The translations under genes were made by a program, and so were the position numbers. Of a stretch of DNA of 64,000 nt, positions 19,161 through 27,818 are shown one piece after another. The DNA is from a virus. Numbering within the stretch: the first letter of the stretch is position 1; every line of letters begins with the position of its first letter. The stretch covers positions 29,617-93,616 of IMG/VR virus record IMGVR_UViG_3300032770_000014; one strand, written 5' to 3'. The notes beneath the pieces were generated by a model. It was not told the DNA's origin and did not search any database. It saw only the letters and a program-made list of their open reading frames with translations.

Positions 19161-19340
19161 CTAAAACCACGCGCCCCAGCGGGCCATTTCCGTGGGCACT
19201 CGATGAATGCAACCCAGATGCACAAGAAGCTCCGCCACCAGATCACCATTGTACTGGCGAGCCGCATTGGAGTCAGAGATGGCTTGGGTCAACCGAGCTA
19301 GTTCCGCGTCGTACTCCTTCTTCTGCTTTGTTGTCACCAT
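19161..19340 (-). CDS. Hypothetical protein (59 aa)
   Basis: GAGG RBS; MVTTKQKKEY...WGAWF*. Confidence 0.45.
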   Translation of the reverse strand: MVTTKQKKEYDAELARLTQAISDSNAARQYNGDLVAELLVHLGCIHRVPTEMARWGAWF

Positions 19341-19401
19341 GACTTACCTCTCTTAATCGAATTTCTATTTTAAACAAGCCACCTCGCTCCCTCTCAATCA
19401 A

Positions 19402-19618
19402 GAAGGCCGCCACGCAGACTCTCGCCCCGTGGCGGCCTTCGTTGCAGCCTCGGCCCAGAGTGAAGGAGGCCGTCACAATCCCCGGACCTTGTAACCTCTC
19501 TCAGGAAGGGGCGAAGAAACTGAGAGAGGGCGGCTGCAAAGTCAAACGCGCAAGGATCAGGCCGGTGCAGGTCTCTCTGCTGTAAGTGATTTGCCCGTCT
19601 CACCGATCCTTGCGCGAC
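19402..19618 (-). ncRNA. Candidate structured RNA (or ssDNA) element
   Basis: Nested perfect stems of 13, 8, 10 and 12 bp plus shorter stems, filling the intergenic gap. Confidence 0.5.
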
Positions 19619-19621
19619 CTG

Positions 19622-20434
19622 TTAGCGCCCTTTCGGCCCGTACTCCACTCCACTGGCCTTGGCTGACCCGACCGCGAAATACCCGTTGATCCTCGGTCTG
19701 GCATGCAAATGGACCTTCCCGAGCTTGGTATCCACGTCCATATCCGGAATTGAGTTGCCCTTGGAGTCCGGTGGGAACCGGTGCTGGCCCAGCACTCTCG
19801 GCAACCGCTCCCCGGCCGTGTCGAACCGCTCCTGGGTGTCCTGATCCGGACTCCCTTCCCAGACCGTCTCGACTTCCAGCATGGGCTCGGCGGCCGTGGC
19901 CTTGAAGAACTCGTCGAGGAGGGTCCGGGCCGTGATCCTGGCTGGCAACTGGACCTTCAACTGGGCCAAGATCCAAGCCAGCGGAATCGCCCCGCCCTTT
20001 CTGGAGTCAGCTCGGGTCGAGACAAAGTAGTCAGTCAGCGAAATCCCGTCCCACTTGCCACTCGCGTCCACGACCGTCGCATCCAGGGCCGTGAATGCAT
20101 AGACCTGGCCCCCCTTGTCGGTCGCGACCTTGTACCGCGCCGGCTGTCCGTCCTGACCCTTGACGTCGCGCTGCTTGATCTTGACCAGCCACCGTCCGTC
20201 CGGTAGCGGCGGAGGCGCGGCATACGGGTCCACGTCCGCGTGTGTGTCCATCTCCTGCATGAGCAGGTTCGGATCGTCGAGGTTGAGGACCGGCGCGTCG
20301 AGGCCCGAGGCAGCAGACCCTCCGCCGCCAGCGCCGTCCACCTGCTGGTCCATGTAAATCGGCTGGGCGAAGTCGTCGGCGGTGCTGACCGTCGAGGGCT
20401 GGCCGGAGCCGGGTACTGCTGTCGAAGTTGCCAT
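19622..20434 (-). CDS. Single-stranded DNA-binding-like protein
   Basis: PPLPDGRWLVKIKQRDVK OB-fold-type start; position downstream of the Sak4-like ATPase. Confidence 0.55.
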   Translation of the reverse strand: MATSTAVPGSGQPSTVSTADDFAQPIYMDQQVDGAGGGGSAASGLDAPVLNLDDPNLLMQEMDTHADVDPYAAPPPLPDGRWLVKIKQRDVKGQDGQPARYKVATDKGGQVYAFTALDATVVDASGKWDGISLTDYFVSTRADSRKGGAIPLAWILAQLKVQLPARITARTLLDEFFKATAAEPMLEVETVWEGSPDQDTQERFDTAGERLPRVLGQHRFPPDSKGNSIPDMDVDTKLGKVHLHARPRINGYFAVGSAKASGVEYGPKGR

Positions 20435-20496
20435 ATCAGTAAATCTCCTTTGATATCGTTTCGATGGTGCTTGGTTAACGTCAGATTCGCTGCGAA

Positions 20497-20802
20497 CTAG
20501 AATTTCATTCGCTCGAACTTCTCTACTGCTGCTATAGCATCTGCGGTCTCAGCGAACAGAACAGCTTGCATTGCCGAATGAAATGCCGAATCTACAGCAT
20601 CCGTCACTTGATCCCTTAACTTGTCGCAATGCCTATTCCAGTCTGCCAATATCTTCTTTGCTTTCTCCATCTGTGCATTGGCCCGCTTTACCTTGGGAGG
20701 GATAGGCGGAATAGGAATTTTCTTATCGCCGTATCGGCTTGGTTTAGCCCGTTTAGCTTCATCGAGTCGGTTTAACAAAAACCGTTTTTGAGATGAATTC
20801 AC
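20497..20802 (-). CDS. Hypothetical protein
   Basis: AAAGGAG RBS with GTG start. Confidence 0.5.
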   Translation of the reverse strand: MNSSQKRFLLNRLDEAKRAKPSRYGDKKIPIPPIPPKVKRANAQMEKAKKILADWNRHCDKLRDQVTDAVDSAFHSAMQAVLFAETADAIAAVEKFERMKF

Positions 20803-20907
20803 GGCTGAGTACTCCTTTCTTGTGGCCTAGCTTCTGGCATACTGTGTTGCTCTGTTGCCAGTCGCCGCCGTTGTTTGCGTCGTTACCGCCTCCGTTACCG
20901 CCCTCCA

Positions 20908-21342
20908 CTATTGCTGCTCGACGACTCTATCGGTGACCCTGACTTCCGGGTACTCAAAGCTCTGTATCCGGTTCTGCTGTTGCGCTATAGACGACTCTGG
21001 CATCTGGCGACTGGCCTGACTAGCCGTCATCTGCTGTCGCAGTTGCCTGAGCTGCCATGCCACGTACTTCTGCACGCTGGGCTCATACGGCGCCTGACTG
21101 GCCTGCTGCTCGTACCACTCGACAACATCCTTGGGTAGGGTGATGGTGATGGTCCGCGAGTTAGAATCGGCGTCGTTGCTGGCTGCCGGCTTCGCCTTGC
21201 CTGGGCGATGCGTCCGACGGCCAGAGGTCCGGGCCGGAGCTGGCGTCTCGGCCGAGGCCTGCGAAGCCAGCGATGACCCTGCAGCGCCGCTGACCTGGTT
21301 GCCGATTCCCGCTCCGGGGAGCGTTCCTGTTACTGTAGACAT
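20908..21342 (-). CDS. Hypothetical protein with possible RHH-like segment
   Basis: AAGGAGG RBS; TITITLPKDVVEWYEQQA. Confidence 0.55.
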   Translation of the reverse strand: MSTVTGTLPGAGIGNQVSGAAGSSLASQASAETPAPARTSGRRTHRPGKAKPAASNDADSNSRTITITLPKDVVEWYEQQASQAPYEPSVQKYVAWQLRQLRQQMTASQASRQMPESSIAQQQNRIQSFEYPEVRVTDRVVEQQ

Positions 21343-21407
21343 GAGATAGGTTTCCTCCTTTCTTGAGAGATGATGGTGCTTTAGAAACTCAACTCGTCCA
21401 CGCGACC

Positions 21408-21983
21408 CTATCGCAGACGTCCTTCAAACTTCGGCTCGTCCCACGCTTCGACGTAATAAGCCTCGACATCCTCAGAATACTTATACGCCCCCGATTCCCT
21501 TTGAGTCTGAGTACAGACAACCAAGAAGGGATCTGGTGACTCATTCAACCACTCAACAAAAATCGCCACGTCTGGTACAGCCTTCTTGATCTGAATGGCC
21601 TTGTCCAACACAAACTCAGGGATGGGTTCTTTGTACTCGTCGATCTTGGTACGCATCCAAGTCGGGATCGAGTACCAGGAAGAATCGGAAGTCATCCATG
21701 CCGCAAAGGTTCGTGCAGCCACTTCCTTCAGATGTTCCTTCTTGTATTTCTCCACGTCGGCCTTGTCAAGCACGTCCATTTCCAGCCGGGCCAGGGCGCT
21801 CGCCAAGGGCATCTCGGCAACTTCCTCGCCGTTCTTGATCAGAGCCTTCTTTGCTGAATAGCCGAGGACTTCTTCAGCCTCTGTCAGTAATCCTGCCACC
21901 AGTGAATCGGAACTCAACACGGCCAAGGAACTGCGCTTGATTTCCGCGTGGGTCATTGTCGTTGTCATTGTTGTCGTTGCCAT
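21408..21983 (-). CDS. Hypothetical protein
   Basis: Clean ORF with RBS; DPFLVV...EAWDEPKF C-terminus. Confidence 0.6.
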   Translation of the reverse strand: MATTTMTTTMTHAEIKRSSLAVLSSDSLVAGLLTEAEEVLGYSAKKALIKNGEEVAEMPLASALARLEMDVLDKADVEKYKKEHLKEVAARTFAAWMTSDSSWYSIPTWMRTKIDEYKEPIPEFVLDKAIQIKKAVPDVAIFVEWLNESPDPFLVVCTQTQRESGAYKYSEDVEAYYVEAWDEPKFEGRLR

Positions 21984-22023
21984 TCTGATTCCCCCTTCTT
22001 CGCAACCCCTCCGTTGCCGTCTG

Positions 22024-23106
22024 TTACTTCGTTGCTGTTGAGGTCAGTACAGGTACGGACTCAGGCCTAACCGCTTGCTGCCCTGCCTGTCCAACCTGCC
22101 CGGCCTGACCCCCTACCGCCTGCTTCCCCCTGAACCTCTCATCGACCTTCTTCCGCCATTCGTCCATAGCGTTCCCTTGTTCTGACTGTAACTTGTCAAC
22201 TGTGTGCAGGAACTCGTCGAACCCCCCCTCCAGCGTTGGTACAAAGTACCCACCGGGATACTTTTTTAACAAATCCGGCAGCTTCGCCGACACAACCCGA
22301 GGATTTGCGGGATAAAGTATGTTCGTGACTGGATCAGGGTGCTTCATAAAATACATTCTGACAACATTTTCGATCTCGTCCACTACCATCTTCTTCTTCG
22401 GATCGGCGGGATCAGGAACCTCTACAGGCTTGCGAACCATGTAATCCTGCGCGTGAATGCAGTGACCGACCCAAGTAGGAACCTTTGCCGTAGCTTTCTT
22501 GCCTGCCACATCAGGGCCATAGATCGGTGTTCGGTCCTCTTCCTCTGACTTCGAGGAATGCGCCGTCCACAACACGTACTCTACCGGCCACGAAGCAAAC
22601 TTCATCACTAGAGAATAAAGATGATTTTGTGTAAATCCGTAGTGCCCACGTGAATTACCGGCAAACTTGACCATTGTTTCTCTGCCGTTAACCCAGACAT
22701 TGAGTCCGAATTGATTGGTCGCGTCCTCGCCCGTCTTGACTCCGTTATCAGCCAGGTAGCGCAACACAGTCTGCGAAACCGAGGACAATCCTTCGATTGC
22801 CAAGCCCCCGTATTCATCCCAGTTTGTAGGAATGAGATTAGTATGGGAGCTTGAGTCCTCTGGATGCTCAGGCCAGTAACCCTCCGCGATCTTGTAAAGG
22901 AATGGGAGAGGAACCTGAACATTACAGCGATGTGGCACAAGCAAGCCTCCACGAATCTCTCCCTCGATGGGGTCAAGTCCACCGCCATCCGTAGTCAACA
23001 GTAGCGTCCTCTTATGGGTTTTCTCGTAGATATACTTTGAGAAATGTCCCACTGCCGTTGATTTGTAAGTGTTTGTGTCACCGTAGATGAGTCCTGTCCT
23101 TGCCAT
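22024..23106 (-). CDS. Sak4-like (AAA_24-type) P-loop recombination ATPase
   Basis: [12 protein letters not shown] Walker A variant, LAIEGLS Walker B variant, [12 protein letters not shown]. Confidence 0.75.
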   Translation of the reverse strand: MARTGLIYGDTNTYKSTAVGHFSKYIYEKTHKRTLLLTTDGGGLDPIEGEIRGGLLVPHRCNVQVPLPFLYKIAEGYWPEHPEDSSSHTNLIPTNWDEYGGLAIEGLSSVSQTVLRYLADNGVKTGEDATNQFGLNVWVNGRETMVKFAGNSRGHYGFTQNHLYSLVMKFASWPVEYVLWTAHSSKSEEEDRTPIYGPDVAGKKATAKVPTWVGHCIHAQDYMVRKPVEVPDPADPKKKMVVDEIENVVRMYFMKHPDPVTNILYPANPRVVSAKLPDLLKKYPGGYFVPTLEGGFDEFLHTVDKLQSEQGNAMDEWRKKVDERFRGKQAVGGQAGQVGQAGQQAVRPESVPVLTSTATK

Positions 23107-23139
23107 TGCCAATCCCCCCTTCACATAGTTGCTTTGTAT

Positions 23140-23298
23140 TTACTTGCTCCAGCTCCGGCTCCAGCTCCGGCTCCCGCTCCGGCTCCAGCTCCGGCTCCCG
23201 CTCCCGCTCCCGCTCCCGCTCCGGCTCCGGCTCCGGCTCCGGCTCCAGCTCCAGCTCCGGCTCCTTACCCACCCAATGAACAAGACGGCTTGATTCAT
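23140..23298 (-). CDS. Ser/Arg/Trp/Gly dipeptide-repeat peptide (52 aa)
   Basis: AGGAGG 6 nt before the ATG selects the RSWS frame. Confidence 0.6.
   Translation of the reverse strand: MNQAVLFIGWVRSRSWSWSRSRSRSRSGSGSGSGSRSWSRSGSRSWSRSWSK
23147..23263. repeat. Hexamer tandem repeat (GCTCCN)n
   Basis: About 19 consecutive GCTCC[A/G/C] units. Confidence 0.9.
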
Positions 23299-23308
23299 GC
23301 CCAGCCTC

Positions 23309-23650
23309 CTACTTCTGTTTTCTAGGCAGGTTGGCGATTTGCACCGCGTCAATTACAGAACCGCGACCGACGATAACCCTTCCCTCAGGAAAAGGCTCAA
23401 CTTCATTGAATTCACATGAGGTAAGCGAACCAGAAAATCGTCCAGTGTCTGCGACCCACGCCGCTGACTCCAGAACCAATTCCCGTGGTCCAACTGCAAC
23501 CAGTTTTCCGGTGTCAATCATGGTCACTGTACGAATGAGGTAGTTCTTACCAATCTCCCAAGGCCCAAGCGTATCGGTCGGGATTGTCTGCGTTGAAAAC
23601 ATTGAGGCCAATTGCCGCGCTTCGCCGATTGTTAGTTCATCGAGTTTCAT
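23309..23650 (-). CDS. Conserved phage protein with a small beta-barrel (Sm-like) domain
   Basis: [17 protein letters not shown]......[15 protein letters not shown] pattern; fold assignment is tentative. Confidence 0.6.
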   Translation of the reverse strand: MKLDELTIGEARQLASMFSTQTIPTDTLGPWEIGKNYLIRTVTMIDTGKLVAVGPRELVLESAAWVADTGRFSGSLTSCEFNEVEPFPEGRVIVGRGSVIDAVQIANLPRKQK

Positions 23651-23708
23651 CTGACTCCCCTTAATCCCTCAGTTAATGTTGCTGCTCATCTTTCTCTTCC
23701 TGCGTAGC

Positions 23709-23963
23709 CTATCCGTGCCTGCGCACCCACCCGTCCAGCACATCCCTGACCAAGGCCGCCGTGCTCCAGCCCCGCGCCTTGGCCGCCTTCTCCAGCCGCT
23801 CGACCGTGCTCCTCTTCAGCTTGTAAGTCTGATAGTTGACCAAAGGCTCCTCGTCGGTTGACCGTAGCCTCGCGGGAGGAGTCCTAGCAGTGGGAGGGCG
23901 GCGTAGACCATCCGGCCTGCCATTCTTGCTACCTGAAATATCGTTGTGGCTTCTCGTCCTCAT
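23709..23963 (-). CDS. Ribbon-helix-helix regulator
   Basis: QTYKLKRSTVERLEKAAKARGWSTAALVRDVLDGW. Confidence 0.7.
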   Translation of the reverse strand: MRTRSHNDISGSKNGRPDGLRRPPTARTPPARLRSTDEEPLVNYQTYKLKRSTVERLEKAAKARGWSTAALVRDVLDGWVRRHG

Positions 23964-23996
23964 GTGCTGCTCTCCACTCTTTACTGAGATTTGTTG

Positions 23997-24025
23997 ATAC
24001 TAGACCCAGGCCGGGGCGATGTCAA
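23997..24025 (-). promoter_or_regulatory. Sigma70-type promoter
   Basis: TTGACA-17 nt-TAGTAT. Confidence 0.65.
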
Positions 24026-24258
24026 GAGGAAAACGGGGGAGGAGGGAGATTATTTTTCTCTGCTGTCTGCTCTCTGGCCTGTTCCTCCGCCCGCTCCTCT
24101 TCCCACTCCCTGACCGCCGCTTCGCACTCCTGTCGGGCCTCGTCCTCGGTCCGCCCCCAGCCATAGAACCGGGTCTCCTCCTCGCGGTCGGCGAGAAAGG
24201 CCAGCCAGTCGTGCGAACGGTCAGGGATGGGCGGGAAGACGGGGCAAAGAGTAATCAC
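24022..24258 (-). CDS. Hypothetical protein
   Basis: GTG start coupled to the upstream stop; PPIP...DW...GWGRTE motif. Confidence 0.5.
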   Translation of the reverse strand: MITLCPVFPPIPDRSHDWLAFLADREEETRFYGWGRTEDEARQECEAAVREWEEERAEEQAREQTAEKNNLPPPPFSS

Positions 24259-24497
24259 TTGACTGACTCCTCGGCCGGCTCCCCCGCCTGTCCCAGCTCC
24301 CCCAGATTCTGCGTCAGCCACTTATGCAGACACCCCTCCCCGCACAGGATATCCCCGCCCTCGTGCGCCTCACTGAGCGAGTAACTCAGAATGACAAGGG
24401 ACTGGCGCCCGCCTCCGTGCCGCCCGAGGAACCAGTGATTGCAGGCCTGCCTGACCGCTCCGCAGAGGTCGCACTTGGCTATGGTTTCAATGGCCAT
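24255..24497 (-). CDS. Zn-finger protein
   Basis: CDLC...NHWF...CGEGC. Confidence 0.55.
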   Translation of the reverse strand: MAIETIAKCDLCGAVRQACNHWFLGRHGGGRQSLVILSYSLSEAHEGGDILCGEGCLHKWLTQNLGELGQAGEPAEESVK

Positions 24498-25212
24498 CGA
24501 TCTCGACCAGCCCTTCCTTCGGGTGGTTAGGCCTTTCTGACTCAGGCCACAAAATTTCGTTAATGATCCTACTCACATGCGCTGGATGGCAACCAAACAT
24601 CTTGCCTAACTCCTTTTGGTTGGCCTGCTTTTCACGGTAGAGAGTTCTCATCCGACCTACATCCTCCCAAGTCAAGTGGCGCTCGTAAGGATTCGTCCGT
24701 CCATTGCGGTGCGCAGCTCGCCATATCTCACAAACGCTCCTCACCTTCTTCCGCTTGCGCCGCATTTCTGCCACGTCGTCAGGAGTTGCGGTAAGAAGCC
24801 ACGCAATCTCAGTTTGGGAGCGCCCTTCATCAAAAAACCATACAGCAATCTGATCCATTTGCTCAGGAGTAAAATGATGTTTTCGGTTACCAATTTTGAA
24901 CGCATGGTGTTGGTTGCCTTGAACTGTGACGTATTCCAGATTCTCTGGGTTATTGTGTGTATGTACAGCATCAAGGTGGTTGACTTGGTAGCCTATTGGA
25001 CGCGGACCAATAAACGCCGCTGCAACCAAAAAGTGAACATAAGCTCGTGCTTGGTCGCGCTGCTTACCGCCTGGTAGATGAACTACTGGATAACCGTTTC
25101 CTGTAGCAGGACTAGCCTTCAACACTCTCAGTGATCGGACTCGTCCAAGTGAACTCACCTGTAACCTTCCTTCAAATCCAGGAACATCCCTCCAAACCTC
25201 TTGATTGTCCAT
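24487..25212 (-). CDS. NUMOD4-HNH homing endonuclease with C-terminal HTHs
   Basis: EVWRDVPGFEGRLQVSSLGRVRS; VHFLVAAAF; VNHLD...NNPENLEY; AT-rich. Confidence 0.88.
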   Translation of the reverse strand: MDNQEVWRDVPGFEGRLQVSSLGRVRSLRVLKASPATGNGYPVVHLPGGKQRDQARAYVHFLVAAAFIGPRPIGYQVNHLDAVHTHNNPENLEYVTVQGNQHHAFKIGNRKHHFTPEQMDQIAVWFFDEGRSQTEIAWLLTATPDDVAEMRRKRKKVRSVCEIWRAAHRNGRTNPYERHLTWEDVGRMRTLYREKQANQKELGKMFGCHPAHVSRIINEILWPESERPNHPKEGLVEIDGH

Positions 25213-25224
25213 AAAGCAACTGTA

Positions 25225-27207
25225 CTACTTTTCCTGAATCTGGACAAGTACATTTTCTTTTGGGTGGTTTGGAACTCTCGTCCTGAAGTGTTCTAATACA
25301 GCAGGATCATGCTCTGGGTCGGGGGGACCAAAACAAAATCCTGGCTGAGTTGGCATACTTCTGAAATTACAAACTCCAGGATATGAACAGGCGGTCCGCG
25401 TCTGTGGAAAATATTTGTTTAACGCACTCCTTTTGGAGGAATAGCCGCCTTCACGTTCGGCCTGTCTGACCTTCTCTACATCTTGCGCGACTTGCGTTTC
25501 GGCGCTTGCGAGTTGCTCCAGCAGGTCTAGGGTCTCGTCCCGGTTGCGATATTGCACGAGCACCGGCACCAGTTGCTCGGCCAGCGCGTCCAGCTCCTCG
25601 CCATCCTCTCCGAGCGCGCCTTCTTGAACCTTACCCTGATCCAAGAGGTCGATCCACTCGGCCACCTTCATCGTCCTCCACACGGGACTCTTCTGCCACG
25701 ACCGGTAATCCAACCTTCTCCCCCTCCCCGACTCGTCCTTCCACTCGTAGGTCCAGGCCCAGCGCCGGTCGTCCGAGGTGATCCCTTCCTGCTTGTAGGC
25801 GCGGACCAGCACCGACTCCTGATTCCAGCGCGGCTCTCCGGGCTGCGCCTTCTTGTTTTCCTTCCGGCTGCCCTTGAGGAGGTATTCGTAGCGGACGCCG
25901 AGGACGGTGGGGGGGTCAGGAAGGGAGGAGAGCCAATCAGCAGTACGGTCTGAGACCAGCTCGCCGATTCTTGTTTGTAAGATATTTACTTTCGCTGACA
26001 ATTCCTCCATGCGGGAATGATCAAAGTCCGAAGCGCCAGCAGAGTCAATACAAGTACACTCTTCCCGATACTTTCCGCACACGCGACACTCGTGGTCTTC
26101 TCCCAACTCATCATAATGAGCGTCTTCTTGCATCTCAGATGCGTGCTGCTCGGCTACTTCCTTCAATTCCCGCTGTAGATCCCACGCCCCTTCCAGCCTC
26201 TTCTCCACGTCCACCGCCTCGCTCAGACCCTGCATATCGACCTGCGCGTCCAGTTCCTTCCTGCGGTCCCACGAACCGGTGGTCTTGAACGACTGTAGAT
26301 AGAGATAGCCGGTCGATCGTTCGTGCAGCAGAGCGTCGTGGCGGGAGAGGAAATGCAACTCGAACTCTACACCACTCCCCCCACATTTGGGACAAGTCAG
26401 CTTAACGGAGTGGTCAAACGTAGAGTCAAACTGCAGCTTACCGCCAGCACAGAATTTGCAAGGCTCCTCTGCCAATTTCCAACAGCCCTCTCTTTCCACT
26501 TCCAAAATGGTGAACGCCTCGTGGATTCCACGCCATCGCCTTCTCGCCCAGCACCTCACCATCGCCTCGACCAGCGCGGCCATCTCTTCCTTCAACCACT
26601 GGTCCTGATCGAACGGCTGATACTGTGCCACTCCCCCCGCGGTCGATTCCATGTTGCACGCAACCGCGACAGGTGGTACCGCTCCTGGCGCCAGATCCCC
26701 AAACTCCACCACGATCGGCGACTCGGCCGCCGGGCCACCCCTTGCAATCGGATTCGCCATCAGATCCGCGAAGTCATTGACCACCTCGGGCTGACCCCCG
26801 GCGACCGCTGCCGCTGCCTGCCTCTGCCTAGCCTCTTCAGGGTCTAACTCGACTCCCTCGGACCACTCGGCGGTGAAGTCGGCAAGGGCCGCAGCGACAG
26901 CGCGATCCTCGATCTGGCGCGCAGCAGTTTGGCCGTCACCATAGCGGTAATCGAACAGTGCAATCAACTGGTCGGCTAGGGACAGCTCTGGATACTTTTT
27001 GGAAATGTTGTCGAGACCCTGTTGGCCATCGCGCAACAGGATTTCCATGCCGCTGTGCACCGCCGACCCCACGACCAAGTGACTCGACTTCCTCGCCGGC
27101 ACGAGTCCGACCCCAGCAGCGCCCTCGTGATACTCTAGCCATCTAAGACGGCGGCATCTCTGGGCAGCCTGTACTCTCGACCGATCCGTGAATATCGTCT
27201 GTGTCAT
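25225..27207 (-). CDS. PD-(D/E)XK Cas4/AddB-like exonuclease with insertions
   Basis: N-terminal RC.R and GSAVH; RHDALL...SFKT; C-terminal Cys cluster (C.....C.........C). Confidence 0.7.
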   Translation of the reverse strand: MTQTIFTDRSRVQAAQRCRRLRWLEYHEGAAGVGLVPARKSSHLVVGSAVHSGMEILLRDGQQGLDNISKKYPELSLADQLIALFDYRYGDGQTAARQIEDRAVAAALADFTAEWSEGVELDPEEARQRQAAAAVAGGQPEVVNDFADLMANPIARGGPAAESPIVVEFGDLAPGAVPPVAVACNMESTAGGVAQYQPFDQDQWLKEEMAALVEAMVRCWARRRWRGIHEAFTILEVEREGCWKLAEEPCKFCAGGKLQFDSTFDHSVKLTCPKCGGSGVEFELHFLSRHDALLHERSTGYLYLQSFKTTGSWDRRKELDAQVDMQGLSEAVDVEKRLEGAWDLQRELKEVAEQHASEMQEDAHYDELGEDHECRVCGKYREECTCIDSAGASDFDHSRMEELSAKVNILQTRIGELVSDRTADWLSSLPDPPTVLGVRYEYLLKGSRKENKKAQPGEPRWNQESVLVRAYKQEGITSDDRRWAWTYEWKDESGRGRRLDYRSWQKSPVWRTMKVAEWIDLLDQGKVQEGALGEDGEELDALAEQLVPVLVQYRNRDETLDLLEQLASAETQVAQDVEKVRQAEREGGYSSKRSALNKYFPQTRTACSYPGVCNFRSMPTQPGFCFGPPDPEHDPAVLEHFRTRVPNHPKENVLVQIQEK

Positions 27208-27425
27208 CTCTCCTGTTCCCCCTTCTCCTCTTCTTGCTCCCCCTCCGCTTCCCTCCACTCGGCCTCCCGCGCCGCCTTCTCTTCTCTCTCCTGGGCCAGC
27301 TTCCCTTGGATCATCCCCACCGTCCGGCAGACCTGCTCCCAGTTCGTCGCCGGCCGGATGCCTGGCTGGTCGAGGGGTTGGGGCGGAGGGAGAGAGGAAT
27401 CAGAACCATTTTCACAACCATTCAT
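27204..27425 (-). CDS. Hypothetical protein
   Basis: First ORF after a promoter; coupled to the exonuclease. Confidence 0.45.
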   Translation of the reverse strand: MNGCENGSDSSLPPPQPLDQPGIRPATNWEQVCRTVGMIQGKLAQEREEKAAREAEWREAEGEQEEEKGEQER

Positions 27426-27440
27426 ATATCACCAAACTGA

Positions 27441-27470
27441 ACCCTACCACCCCTCTTCACTACTTGTCAA
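27441..27470 (-). promoter_or_regulatory. Putative promoter of the replication arm
   Basis: TTGACA-18 nt (ending TGG)-TAGGGT. Confidence 0.45.
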
Positions 27471-27818
27471 TACCAAAATTACCATAATCTTCAGTTTGTC
27501 TGCAGACCTTCTATAGTTGGCAACCTTCCCAACCCCCTCCGCCCCCTTCCACCCCCCCCCCTCCTCCAAGAATCCCCTTGCGTTCCCGCCGCTCCCGGTC
27601 TACAATTCCTTTCGTCCGGGTCGATCTGGCCAGGAAAAGCCCAGACAGCCTGCCCTAACAGGTCGCGTGAATGGGATCGGGCCGGTCCCCCAAGGCCGGC
27701 CCAGTCACCTTCCAAGACCTCGGTCAGGCAAATTCACGCGATTATCCACGCCGTCAGATTCCCCCACCGACGCCACGGGATATTTGTGCTCATGCAACTC
27801 CAGAAAAGGAGCACGCTG

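Noticed and set aside
19442-19539. Cloverleaf as a tRNA gene
   Set aside because: No T-loop GTTC, D-loop consensus, 7-nt anticodon loop or CCA; kept only as an ncRNA candidate.
23134-23325. Plus-strand (PA)n ORF and minus-strand ELEPEP frame
   Set aside because: Shadow frames of the hexamer repeat; the RSWS frame has the RBS and fits the operon.
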